Assembly (NCBI GenBank): GCA_963712515.1
Contig: CAVQIG010000017.1
Location: 79,958 to 143,957, forward strand
Length of the DNA: 64,000 nt
Source of the DNA: an uncultured delta proteobacterium
GTDB lineage: Bacteria; Desulfobacterota; Binatia; JACPRU01
Reading direction: 5' to 3'
Shown piece by piece: positions 53,713-63,707 of this stretch (position 1 is the first letter of the stretch; each line of letters opens with the position of its first letter). The notes under the pieces are model-generated. The model searched no databases. It had not been told where the DNA came from and saw only the letters and a program-made list of their open reading frames with translations. A program made the translations under genes and the position numbers.

Positions 53713-55353
53713 ATGCACGTCAGTCCGCTCGCAGGAAAGCCCGCTGAACCCTCGATTCTCGTCGACGTCCCGCGGTTGGTGACGGCGTATTACACCGGGC
53801 GGCCGGATCCCTCCGTGCCCGCCCAGCGCGTCGCGTTCGGAACTTCCGGGCACCGCGGCTCCTCGTTCGACAACGCCTTCAACGAGACCCACATCCTCGC
53901 AATCACCCAGGCCATCTGTCTCTACCGCCGGGAGCAGGAGATCGACGGACCGCTTTACCTCGGCATCGATACGCATGCGCTCTCGGCGCCCGCCTTCGCC
54001 AGCGCATTGGAGGTACTAGCGGCGAACGGCGTAGAGGTCATGGTCGACGCGGGTGGTGGCTACACGCCGACCCCGGTCATCTCTCACGCGATTCTCACTT
54101 ACAACCGGGGCCGCAAGGGCGGGCTCGCCGATGGCATCGTCATCACTCCGTCGCACAACCCGCCGCAATTCGGCGGCTTCAAATACAACCCACCGCACGG
54201 CGGACCGGCGGACACACAGGTGACCCGGTGGATCGAGCAGCGGGCCAACGCGTTCATCACCGAGGAGCTACGCGGAGTAGCGAGAATGCCTTTCGAGCGA
54301 GCCCGCAGGGCCTCCACCACGCACGAGCATCCTTACCTCGACTCCTACGTTCGCGATCTCCCTTCGGTGGTGGACCTGCAAGCCATCAAGGAGAGCAAGA
54401 TCCACATCGGCGTGGACCCGCTCGGCGGCGCAAGCGTCGCGTACTGGGATGCCATCGGCGAACGCTACGGCCTCGATCTCGAAGTCGTGAACCACGCGGT
54501 CGACGCCACGTTCCGCTTCATGACCGTGGATTGGGATGGCCAGATCCGCATGGACCCCTCCTCCGCGTACGCAATGGCGGGAATGGTCGCCCTCAAGGAG
54601 CGATTCGATGTCGCCTTCGCGAACGACGCCGACGCCGACCGCCACGGGATCGTGAGCCGCACTCAGGGATTGCTGAATCCGAATCACTACCTCGCCGTCG
54701 CGATCGCCTACGTGTTCGCGAACCGGCCGCAGTGGCCGGCATCGGCCGGCGTCGGAAAGACGGTCGTCAGCAGCAGCATGATCGATCGCGTGGCTGCGCG
54801 CCTGAAGCGGCGGCTGATCGAAGTTCCGGCGGGTTTCAAGTGGTTCGTCGACGGACTGATCGACGGATCGGTCGGCTTCTGCGGCGAGGAGAGCTCCGGA
54901 GCGACGTTCTTGCGCCGCGACGGCTCGGTGTGGACGACGGACAAAGATGGGTTGGTCCCGAACCTCCTCGCCGCGGAGATCACGGCGCGCACCGGAAGCG
55001 ACCCGGGGGAGCGCTATCGCGCGCTGACCGCAGACTTCGGAGCTTCGTATTATACCCGTATGGATGCACCGGCGACGCCCGAGCAGAAGGCGAAGCTCGC
55101 CAAGCTATCCCCCGAGGCAGTCACCAGGTCGATGCTCGCGGGCGAGCCCATTAGCGCCAAGCTGACCAAGGCGCCCGGCAACGATGCTCCGATCGGGGGC
55201 CTGAAGGTGGTCGCCCCAAGCGGCTGGTTCGCGGCCCGCCCCTCTGGCACCGAGAACATCTACAAGATCTACGCGGAGAGCTTCAAAGGTGAGGCCCATC
55301 TCGACTCGATCGTGAGCGAGGCTCAGGAGATCGTGAATGGTGCGCTGGCGTAG
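53713..55353 (+). CDS. pgm: Phosphoglucomutase (alpha-D-glucose phosphate-specific), 546 aa
   Basis: GAGGAG upstream of ATG 53713. GTSGHRG active-site serine loop, metal-binding DADADR and the sugar-binding loop GEESSG. Same length as E. coli Pgm. Confidence 0.88.
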   Translation: MHVSPLAGKPAEPSILVDVPRLVTAYYTGRPDPSVPAQRVAFGTSGHRGSSFDNAFNETHILAITQAICLYRREQEIDGPLYLGIDTHALSAPAFASALEVLAANGVEVMVDAGGGYTPTPVISHAILTYNRGRKGGLADGIVITPSHNPPQFGGFKYNPPHGGPADTQVTRWIEQRANAFITEELRGVARMPFERARRASTTHEHPYLDSYVRDLPSVVDLQAIKESKIHIGVDPLGGASVAYWDAIGERYGLDLEVVNHAVDATFRFMTVDWDGQIRMDPSSAYAMAGMVALKERFDVAFANDADADRHGIVSRTQGLLNPNHYLAVAIAYVFANRPQWPASAGVGKTVVSSSMIDRVAARLKRRLIEVPAGFKWFVDGLIDGSVGFCGEESSGATFLRRDGSVWTTDKDGLVPNLLAAEITARTGSDPGERYRALTADFGASYYTRMDAPATPEQKAKLAKLSPEAVTRSMLAGEPISAKLTKAPGNDAPIGGLKVVAPSGWFAARPSGTENIYKIYAESFKGEAHLDSIVSEAQEIVNGALA

Positions 55354-55408
55354 GACCGATCGGCGGACCTCCCAAGTGCTGGGTCCCCCCGCGGACCATT
55401 GATGGCGT

Positions 55409-56722
55409 ATGAGCTCGGTTGAGAGCGCCGGCCGAAGCTCTCCTCTCGGCGCCACGGTGGTGGACGGAGGCGTCAATTTCAGTCTGTTCTCACGTGGCGG
55501 CGCGGCCGTCGATCTGCTGTTCTTCGACCGGGACGATGACGCGCGGCCCGCACGCGCGATTCACATCGATCCGAAACAAACCGCGCGTACCACTACTGGC
55601 ACGTGTTCGTGCCTGGCGCGCGATCCGGACAGATCTACGGCTATCGAGTCCAGGGACCGTCCGATCCTCGATTCTCGCCCGCGATCCATCGGGCCATCTG
55701 ATGCCGAGCCCCCCAGTCTTGTGGGATATCGAGTCGGAGCCCGCGCTCGCGGGCACGAAGCTGATCGCCGAAGCGTGGGATGCCGCGGGCCTCTACCAGG
55801 TCGGCAGCTTCATCGGGGACAGCTGGAAGGAGTGGAACGGACGGTTCCGAGACGACGTGCGAAGCTTCTTCCGCGGCGAAGAGGGCTTCGTGGGGCGTAT
55901 CGCCGACCGCTGTCTCGGCAGCCCCGAGATCTATGGCCACGAGGAACGCGAGGTGGAGCAGAGCGTCAACTTCGTCGCCTGTCACGACGGCTTCACGCTG
56001 AACGATCTCGTCTCGTACGACCGGAAGCACAACGAGGCGAACGGCGAGGGGAACCGCGACGGCGCCGACGACAACCGCAGCTGGAATTGCTGCGCCGAAG
56101 GTTCGAGCGATGATCCGGCGGTCGAGAAGCTACGGAACCGACAGGCGAAGAACTTCCTGACCGTCACGATGCTCTCGCTCGGCATGCCCATGATCTCGAT
56201 GGGTGACGAAGTGCGCCGCACCCAGTTCGGCAACAACAACGCCTACTGTCAGGACAACGAGACCAGTTGGTTCGACTGGACGCTGCTTTCGAAGCACGCC
56301 GACGTGCACCGATTCTTGACGCTGCTCGCTGCCCGACGGCAGCTGCGGAACGTGGAAGTCGAGCGAAGCCGCGTGAGCCTGAACCAGTTGCTGCGGGAAG
56401 CGACCAAGGCCTGGCACGGCGTCAAGCCCGAGCAACCGGACTGGCGCGATTGTTCACACAGCCTCGCGTTCAGCGCGGTGCTGCGAAGAGAAGGGATCCT
56501 CTTCTATTTGATTTTGAACGCCTATTGGCACGCGCTCGACTTCGAGCTCCCGCCGGTGGACCAAGGGGGGAGGCTCCGTGGCGACGATGGATCGATACGG
56601 CGCTCGACTCCCCGCGCGACATCGTCCCATGGCAGACGGCGGAGCCTATTCCGGGTCGAACCTATCGGGCCGAGTCGCGCTCCGTCGTGGTGGTATTCAG
56701 CCGCGTGGGAGGCGGAGCGTGA
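55409..56722 (+). pseudogene. Second glgX-type debranching enzyme gene, decayed: internal deletion of the central catalytic region plus frameshifts
   Basis: N-terminus SPLGATVVDGGVNFSLFSRGGAAVDLLFFD… then, after a frame switch, …YHYWHVFVPGARSGQIYGYRVQGP. This is joined directly to …PVLWDIESEPALAGTKLIAEAWDAAGLYQVG… (ORF 55419..56834), which in intact glgX lies ~250 aa further on. The C-terminus is again frameshifted (…WRRWIDTALDSPRDIVPW…). Confidence 0.6.
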
Positions 56723-56877
56723 CGACTCGCAGCGACGGTACCCACGCGATTCGTGGCGAGGACCAGCGGCCAGCCCCAGGCGGCGCCCCCGATCGTACGA
56801 TCGACACAGACCGAAGCAGCCGGCGGGGTCGTGACGTTCGACCGTCAACGTGGCAACATGGCCGCGAGGAGTGAGCC

Positions 56878-57444
56878 ATGGCCAAGGACATCTTCCAGAA
56901 GCGAGAGATGTATTTGGAGGAGGAGTACTTTCGCAAGAAGGAGTTCGAGCTCCTCGAGAAGCTGAAGGCGGTCTTTCAAAAGAAGGTCGACAAGGAGAGC
57001 ATCAGCAAAGCGACCGGCGTGACGAACGAGCAGCTTCTCGACCGCTTGGTGGCGATGCAGCTGAACGGCGAGCTGATGGGCGCCTTCCAACTTTACCCTC
57101 TCGTCGAGATCGCCTGGGCGGATGGGGATCTCAGCGAGAGCGAGGCCAAAAGCGTGCTCGCCGTGGGCGAAAAACAAGGCCTCCGTCCCGGCTCGAGGGC
57201 GTACCGGATGCTGGAGGACCGGCTGCACAAGGGTCCGGACCCCGAAGCCAGGAAGATCTGGTTCCTCTACGCCGAAGAGTTGAAGAAGGTTCTTTCTCCT
57301 GGCGAGCTCAAGACCTTTCGCAATGACCTCTTGGAACGCGCCCGGGGGATCGTAGCCGCAACCGGCCATCTCGAGAGACTGCTCATCGACGTCGGCGGCG
57401 AGCGGAAGGTCATCGCGGCGATCGAGAAGGCGCTGACCCCATAG
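56878..57444 (+). CDS. TerB-like domain protein (tellurite-resistance TerB fold), 188 aa
   Basis: GAGGAG lies 8 nt upstream of ATG 56878. The repeated pattern …VEIAWADGDLSESEAKSVL… is characteristic of TerB-family helical domains. Confidence 0.45.
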   Translation: MAKDIFQKREMYLEEEYFRKKEFELLEKLKAVFQKKVDKESISKATGVTNEQLLDRLVAMQLNGELMGAFQLYPLVEIAWADGDLSESEAKSVLAVGEKQGLRPGSRAYRMLEDRLHKGPDPEARKIWFLYAEELKKVLSPGELKTFRNDLLERARGIVAATGHLERLLIDVGGERKVIAAIEKALTP

Positions 57445-57514
57445 GTCATCACGGCCTCGCGCTGCGGTCACCGTTCCGTCCGTTCTCCGATCGGAAGCCT
57501 CTGTTTCGCCACGC

Positions 57515-58135
57515 GTGACCCGCAAACCCGTACACCCCCGCTCCGCCGACGCTGCCCTCGCCCGGCTCGTCGCGGGCAACGAGCGCTTCGTGCGCGGAAC
57601 GGCGCGCTTCCCCACCGTGCAGAAGGAGGTGCTGGCCAGCCTGGCCAAGGAGCAGCATCCCTACGCGACGATCCTCGGTTGCAGCGATTCGAGGGTGCCG
57701 CCTGAGCTGGTCTTCGACGCCGGCTTCGGCGAGCTCTTCACCGTGCGCGTCGCCGGTAACGTCGTCTTGCCGGCGGTCACGGGCACCCTGCAGTACGCGG
57801 GGGTCCACCTCGCAACGCGCCTGTTCGTCGTGCTCGGGCACGAACGTTGCGGAGCGGTCGAAGCAGCCCTCGCCGCCAAGCTCCAGGGTGTCCGCCAGAA
57901 GAGCCGCATCGAGGTGATCATGCAGAGCATGCTGCCCGGCCTCGCGGACCTGGACCTCGCGCAGCGCCCTGACGAGCGGCTTCATGCCGCGGTGGAAGCC
58001 AACGTGCGCTGGTCCATGCGCCGGATCCTAGAGTCGCCGGAAGGGAGAGCACGGGTGGCCGAGGGCAAGATGAAGCTCGTGGGTGCGATCTACGACCTCA
58101 TGACTGGCCGCGTCCGCTTTCTCGACTCAACCTGA
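57515..58135 (+). CDS. Beta-class carbonic anhydrase
   Basis: …ILGCSDSRVPPELVFDAGFGELFTVRVAGN…VLGHERCGAV… are the zinc-ligand Cys/His motifs of beta-CA. GTG start at 57515. Confidence 0.8.
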   Translation: MTRKPVHPRSADAALARLVAGNERFVRGTARFPTVQKEVLASLAKEQHPYATILGCSDSRVPPELVFDAGFGELFTVRVAGNVVLPAVTGTLQYAGVHLATRLFVVLGHERCGAVEAALAAKLQGVRQKSRIEVIMQSMLPGLADLDLAQRPDERLHAAVEANVRWSMRRILESPEGRARVAEGKMKLVGAIYDLMTGRVRFLDST

Positions 58136-58260
58136 AGCGGTGGAAACGTCTTCGTCCGCGCCGTCGCTGCGTCAAAGAAATCGCGCAGCGTCTAGCCACA
58201 ACCGTTATTGGGGCCCGACCGCCGACTGACGAACGCTGACGAGCGCGCGGTTCCGGAACC

Positions 58261-59465
58261 TCAGTCCAATAGGCGACGCGCCGCCGCGCGCACGTGGGGA
58301 TCGGACAGTCGGTAGACACTTCGGTCGAGGAGGTAGTGGACGAAGCCTGTCGCAAACCCGAAAGCGAGCAAGACAGGAACCCACGAGGACGTCCGCAATC
58401 CCGTCGCGACGGCACCGAATATCCGGTCTCCGTAGTACGTACCGTCCTGCCGGTTCGCCTTCGACCTCGAACAGCGGCAACAGGACGACCGACGACAGCA
58501 CGAGAATGAATACGACGGCCCAGGGCCGCACGTTCAGCGAGTGGAACACGCGGCGCACGACGCCGTGCACCGGAGCCGGCTCCGCGACCGCCATCTGAGA
58601 CGCAAGGCCCGTCGCCAGAATCCAGTGCTGCGACGTCCAGATCACGAGAAAGAGGAACGGGCTTCGCGGGCGGAGGGCGAGCGCGACCATGGTCGCGACC
58701 CCGAGAATGTAGAGTACGCGCGGCAGCGACGATCGCGGCGCGCGCAGTTCCGCGAGAAGCATCGCGGCGGTGGCGAAGAGCAGTACGAGCGTGGCGCCGG
58801 CGCGGATCCCGTCTTGCGCCGACACGAACCAGGGAAGGAGCGACCAACGATCGACCCACTGATCTTGGTAGGCGACTGCTCCGGCAAGAATGTCCGCCAG
58901 GAAGACGAGCACGCCGCCGACACCGAGCGCGAACAGCCGATCCATATTTCTCGTGCGAATGTGGGCGGCCCGTCCGACTCGCGCGCGATAGAGGGAGAGC
59001 GCGCCGAAATGCTGTGCCGCGAAGTGGTACGTCACGAAGACGTAGTCGACGATCGCGAACGCCACGAGCCGTTCCTCACGGGTGCACGGCAAGGCAGCGT
59101 CCGGGGCCAGGAAGACAGCGAAGCATCCGGCGGTCACCAGCAACGGGATGACGACGAATCGCACCGGCTGCGTGCGCAGGAGAGGCCGATAGGCTTCCGT
59201 GCAGTACGCGAGATACGTGCTGCACAACCGATGACCGATCCAAAACAGCGCGGTCAGCCCGAAGTACAGCAGATCGAGCGGGCTCTCCTCCGGGATCGGC
59301 ATATCCATGGGAGAGCCATAGGACGATCGGCGCGAGCCAGAGCCCGCTGAGCATCCAGAACCCGTCCCAACCGGGACCGCGTACCCAGGGCGACCGCCGC
59401 GGCACCGTGGCGGCGGCGTCGATTTCCGTGCGTGGCTGAGCTTCGAGCATCGAGGTCCGACCCAC
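58261..59465 (-). CDS. Hypothetical polytopic membrane protein, at least two frameshifts (~59310 and ~58440)
   Basis: N-terminus (GTG 59465 / ATG 59450) MLEAQPRTEID…GFWMLSGLWLAPIVL continues in the -1 frame (…SPMDMPIPEESPLDLLYFGLTALFWIGHRL… ~9 TM). The true C-terminus is in a third frame (…DGTYYGDRIFGAVATGLRTSSWVPVLLAFGFATGFVHYLLDRSVYRLSDPHVRAARRLLD*, stop 58261-58263). Confidence 0.45.
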
Positions 59466-59712
59466 TCGATGCCTCGTCCGTCACGACATGTCCACGGAAC
59501 ATCGATACGGGTGGCGGCGCCTCCGCACCGGAGCCGGCGAGCACACGCGGCAGGATAGACCATGCGGTTGCCGGCGCTGCGGAGACTAGGAGCCGCCTCT
59601 CCTTGCACGGACCTTACCGCCCGACGTAAGGTCCGCTTCCGCGTTCGGGGTCTGCGGCGAGGATCGCCGCCGACGCCCCATCCATACTCGCCCGAAGTGC
59701 CGAGGGCAGAAA

Positions 59713-62151
59713 GTGGCTCCCTTGACTCGACGAAAGTCTGATTTCCGTTCCGGCGTCGCCCTGCTCACCGCCTGCGGCTTGCTGCTCTCGACGGCGCCCC
59801 CGACTGGCGCGCAAGCGCCGGCCTCGGCCACGCCTCCCGGCACGAGCTCCGGCGTCGCCGCCGCGGACGCCGCCGCGGCGAAGGCTGCCACGGTCTCGCC
59901 GGGCGGGCCCGACGGCGGCTGGCCGCGCGGCTACACCACGCCGAGCGGCGGCAACGTCGTCCTTTACCAGCCGCAGGTCGCGAGCTGGACCGGCCAGAAC
60001 CATATGGTCGCCCACTCCGCGGTCGCGTTCACGCCCAAGGGCGCCGCCAAGGCCGAGTTGGGCACGATCCGGATCGAGGCTGACACCACGGTCGCGGTCG
60101 AGGAGCGACTGGTCCGCTTCACGAACTTCCAAATCGCCGAGGCGAACTTCCCGACGCTCGACAAGGACAAGACCCGCGAGGTCGTGACCGAGATCGACGA
60201 GGCGTTGCCGGACGACGAGCGGGTCATCGGGCTCGACCGCGTCCTCGCCGCGATCGACCGCAGTCAGATCCTGCCGAAGAACGTCGAGGGCGTTAAGGCC
60301 GATCCACCGAAGATCTCCTTCAGCCAGACGCCCGCGATCCTGGTCAACCTCGATGGCAAGGCGATCTGGAGCCCGATCAAGGAAAACGACCTAAAGTACG
60401 CGGTCAACACGAACTGGGACCTCTTCCTGCACGACCCCTCGAAGACGCACTACCTGCGCTACGAGACCTCCTGGCTCCAGGCGAACGATCTCGCCGGACC
60501 GTGGACGCCGGCGGCGGGACTGCCGCCGAGCTTCTCCAAGCTCCCGGCCAACGATGACTGGAAGGACGTGAAGGCGGCCCTGCCGGGCAAGAAGCTCGAT
60601 CCGGGCAAGATCCCGACCGTGTTCGTGAGCGAGGAGCCGGCAGAGATCATCCTGCTCGACGGCCCGCCGAAGTACCAGACGGCGGCGGGCACGCTGCTGT
60701 GGGTCAGCAACACCGAGAGCGACGTGTTCCGGCTCGGAGAGCAGGGCGCGGTCTACTACCTCGTGTCCGGGCGCTGGTTCTCGGCCCCCGACTTCCAGGG
60801 GCCGTGGAAGTTCGCGACCACCGATCTGCCGAAGGAGTTCCAGAACATCCCGCTCGAGCATCCCCGCTCGCGCGTGCTCGCCTCCGTGCCCGGCACGACG
60901 CAGGCGGCCGATGCCGTGATGCTCGCCCAGGTGCCGCAGACCGCGCGCGTCAGCCGCACGGACGTCAAGCCTCCGGAGGTCGCCTACGCCGGGGAGCCGA
61001 AGTTCGAGCCGATCGAGAAGACCAACCTCCAGCATGCGGTCAACACCGACAAGTCGATCATCAAGGTCGGCGACATGTACTACATGTGCTTCGAGGGCGT
61101 GTGGTTCATGGGCACGAGCCCGCAGGGGCCGTGGAGCGTGTGCGACTCGGTGCCGGGCGAGATCTACACCATCCCGGTCAGCTCGTCGGTCCACACCGTC
61201 ACCTACGTCACGGTCGAGGAGAAGAACGACGACTGGGTGACCTTCGCCGCCGTCGCCGGCTACACCGGGATGATGATCGCCTGGGGCAGCTGCATGTATG
61301 GGTCGGGCTGGTACTACCCGCCATACGTCGGGTGGTACGGCGGCTACCCGGCGTACTACCCGTACTACCCGACCTACGGCTCCGGCGCCTGGTACAACCC
61401 GTGGAACGGCACCTACGGCGCCGGCGTGCGGGCCTACGGGCCCTACGGCGGCGCCGGATACGGCGCGCGCTACAACCCCTCGACCGGCACCTACGCCCGC
61501 GGCGCCGCCGCGTACGGCCCGGGCGGCTCGCGCTATGCCGGCACGGCATACAACCCGCGCACCGGCGCCTCCGGGTACACGCGTGGCGGCTCGAACGTCT
61601 ATGGGAGCTGGAACCAGACCGGGGTCCAACGCGGTGACAGCTGGGCGCAGAGCTCCCGCTACACGAACTACACGACAGGCAACACGACGCGGGTGACGAC
61701 CGGCAGCGGTGGCGGCGCGGTCACCCGCAGCGGTTCCGGCGGCGGCTTCGTGAGCCACACCGCGGGCGGCGACGTCTACGCCGGCCGCGACGGCAACGTC
61801 TACCGCAAGAGCGGCGACTCGTGGCAGAAGTACGACAATGGCGGCTGGAACAACACGCAGAATCCCAGCCAGTCCCAGATCGACCAAGCGCGCGGCCAGG
61901 CGCAGCAGCGGAGCGATCAGCTCGATCGCGGTACCTACGACGGGCTGAACCGCGACTCGGCCGCCCGCGCCGACGGGGCGCAGCGCACGCAGGCGTTCAA
62001 CAACTATCAGCGGAGCGGCGGCAGCGGCACCGCCGCGAGCAGCTATCGCTCGAGCGCGGCGAGCCGGCCGAGCGGCGGCTACGGCGGAGGCCGCGGCGGC
62101 GGGATGCGCGGCGGCGGAGGCCGCGGCGGCGGAGGCGGCCGCCGGCGCTAA
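59713..62151 (+). CDS. Secreted protein (812 aa) with N-terminal signal peptide, central globular region and C-terminal Gly/Tyr-rich repeats ending in an RGG-rich basic tail
   Basis: Signal peptide …RSGVALLTACGLLLSTAPPTGAQA. The C-terminal ~300 aa is low complexity: …GWYYPPYVGWYGGYPAYYPYYPTYGSGAWYNPWNGTYGAGVRAYGPYGGAGYGARYNPSTGTYARGAAAYGPGGSRYAGTAYNPRTGASGY… with recurrent Y-N-P-x-T-G-[TA]. It ends …GGYGGGRGGGMRGGGGRGGGGGRRR. Confidence 0.65.
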   Translation: MAPLTRRKSDFRSGVALLTACGLLLSTAPPTGAQAPASATPPGTSSGVAAADAAAAKAATVSPGGPDGGWPRGYTTPSGGNVVLYQPQVASWTGQNHMVAHSAVAFTPKGAAKAELGTIRIEADTTVAVEERLVRFTNFQIAEANFPTLDKDKTREVVTEIDEALPDDERVIGLDRVLAAIDRSQILPKNVEGVKADPPKISFSQTPAILVNLDGKAIWSPIKENDLKYAVNTNWDLFLHDPSKTHYLRYETSWLQANDLAGPWTPAAGLPPSFSKLPANDDWKDVKAALPGKKLDPGKIPTVFVSEEPAEIILLDGPPKYQTAAGTLLWVSNTESDVFRLGEQGAVYYLVSGRWFSAPDFQGPWKFATTDLPKEFQNIPLEHPRSRVLASVPGTTQAADAVMLAQVPQTARVSRTDVKPPEVAYAGEPKFEPIEKTNLQHAVNTDKSIIKVGDMYYMCFEGVWFMGTSPQGPWSVCDSVPGEIYTIPVSSSVHTVTYVTVEEKNDDWVTFAAVAGYTGMMIAWGSCMYGSGWYYPPYVGWYGGYPAYYPYYPTYGSGAWYNPWNGTYGAGVRAYGPYGGAGYGARYNPSTGTYARGAAAYGPGGSRYAGTAYNPRTGASGYTRGGSNVYGSWNQTGVQRGDSWAQSSRYTNYTTGNTTRVTTGSGGGAVTRSGSGGGFVSHTAGGDVYAGRDGNVYRKSGDSWQKYDNGGWNNTQNPSQSQIDQARGQAQQRSDQLDRGTYDGLNRDSAARADGAQRTQAFNNYQRSGGSGTAASSYRSSAASRPSGGYGGGRGGGMRGGGGRGGGGGRRR

Positions 62152-62209
62152 GGCGGTTCCACGATCGATGCCACACGGGCGCGGCGAGCACTTACTCTCC
62201 GTCGGCCCT

Positions 62210-63649
62210 CTAGAACCCAGCAGGCCGAGGACAGCCACCGAGGATGGCGAGCAGATGTCTTGCCACATCCAGCGTCGTGCGATCGTGCAAGTAAGGTCCG
62301 ACGATTTGAATTCCGACGGGCAATCCGTTGCTCAGACACCCGACCGGCACTACCGTCGCAGGCAAGTAGCAAGCACCTGCCGGGGCCATCCAGGTCACCA
62401 GGTTCCAATACGGGCGTTGCTCACCCGCTACCCAGGCGAGTCGCGCCGATTGGGGCTCGGAGTGGTCATGAGGAATGGCGGGGCATGGCATGACCGGCAA
62501 CAGGATGGTGTCCCAGTCCTGAAAGAACGCTTCCCAGCGTTTTCGCAGCTGGAGGCGCCGTTCGTTGTGGCTGAGCCAGTCGCGGTGTCGCATTGCGAGC
62601 AGGCGCCGTGTGCTGGCGAGAGGCGTATCGCCGGTCGAAGCGGCGTACTCTTCGACGCGGTCTCGACGAGTTCCGCCGGCAAGAGCCGCCTGTAAGAGCG
62701 CGAAGAACGTATCGGACACCCTCTCCAGAGAGAAGTCCGGACGCGCCTCCATATCGACCCGCGCTCCGAGGTCGGTGAGCGCACGCGCCGCCTTCTCCAG
62801 CAAAGCCCTGACTTCCGGCTCGACACGACATCGCGGATCGTCGAACCACGCAGCAATGCGGTATTCCTCGAGGGTCTGCCGCCGAGGAGGAGGAAGCTCC
62901 AGGCGCCAGGCCGCCTTTTCCCACCGATTCGGACCGGCAACGACATCGAGTGCCAGCTCCAGGTCCTCGACGGTTCGGGCCATCGGTCCGACGACCGCCA
63001 GGTCAGCCAGCGTCAAGGTCCCGGGCGGTCCGGGGATCTGCCCGTGCGCCGGCACGATGCCATAACTCGGTTTGTGCCCGACCACGCCCGACATGTGAGC
63101 CGGCAGACGAATGGAACCACCGATGTCACTGCCGAGTTCCAGTGGAGTAAACCCGCAGGCAAGCGCAGCAGCCGAACCGCCGGACGATCCCCCCGGCGTG
63201 CGCGTGCGATCGTAAGGATTGTTCGTCGTTCCGAAGATCTCGTTGTAGCTTTGTAGGTCACCGGCGTAGATCGGCAGATTGGTCTTGCCAAAAATGACGG
63301 CACCCGCTTCGCGCAGACGCGCAACGGGCCAAGCATCTTCTTCGGGTACGAAGCTCGCCAGCTCCGGTGCGCCCGACGTCGTGCGCATCCCCGCGGTCTG
63401 GAATGAGTCTTTGATCGTCATCGGCACGCCGTGCAGCGGTCCGCGCGCTTCGCCGCGCGCCAGAGCTTCGTCGGCGGCAGCTGCTTCAGCGCGCGCCCGG
63501 TCGGCGTCGATGGTGACGACGCTGTTGATGGTCTTGTCGAGCGCGGCGATCCGCGCAAGGAAATACTCTAACGCTTCTGTGCTGGAGACTTCGCGCCGGC
63601 GGATTTTGTTTGCCAGATCGACCGCGGAGACATAGGCGAGCTCAGACAC
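62210..63649 (-). CDS. Amidase (amidase-signature family)
   Basis: AS-family signature …GGSSGGSAAALACGFTPLELGSDIGGSIRLPA… with the Ser-cisSer-Lys triad context (K in …PMTIKDSF…). A GAAGGAAGGA SD-like run precedes GTG 63649. Confidence 0.85.
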   Translation of the reverse strand: MSELAYVSAVDLANKIRRREVSSTEALEYFLARIAALDKTINSVVTIDADRARAEAAAADEALARGEARGPLHGVPMTIKDSFQTAGMRTTSGAPELASFVPEEDAWPVARLREAGAVIFGKTNLPIYAGDLQSYNEIFGTTNNPYDRTRTPGGSSGGSAAALACGFTPLELGSDIGGSIRLPAHMSGVVGHKPSYGIVPAHGQIPGPPGTLTLADLAVVGPMARTVEDLELALDVVAGPNRWEKAAWRLELPPPRRQTLEEYRIAAWFDDPRCRVEPEVRALLEKAARALTDLGARVDMEARPDFSLERVSDTFFALLQAALAGGTRRDRVEEYAASTGDTPLASTRRLLAMRHRDWLSHNERRLQLRKRWEAFFQDWDTILLPVMPCPAIPHDHSEPQSARLAWVAGEQRPYWNLVTWMAPAGACYLPATVVPVGCLSNGLPVGIQIVGPYLHDRTTLDVARHLLAILGGCPRPAGF

Positions 63650-63707
63650 GATATCCTTCCTTCTTCTTCGTCGGAGCTACGGGTATCCCACCCCGATGCC
63701 CGACGAG

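Noticed and set aside
60391-62268. 625-aa minus ORF antisense to the Gly/Tyr-rich secreted protein gene
   Set aside because: Repetitive Ala/Arg/Gly-rich translation of the antisense of a GC-rich repeat; no start context.
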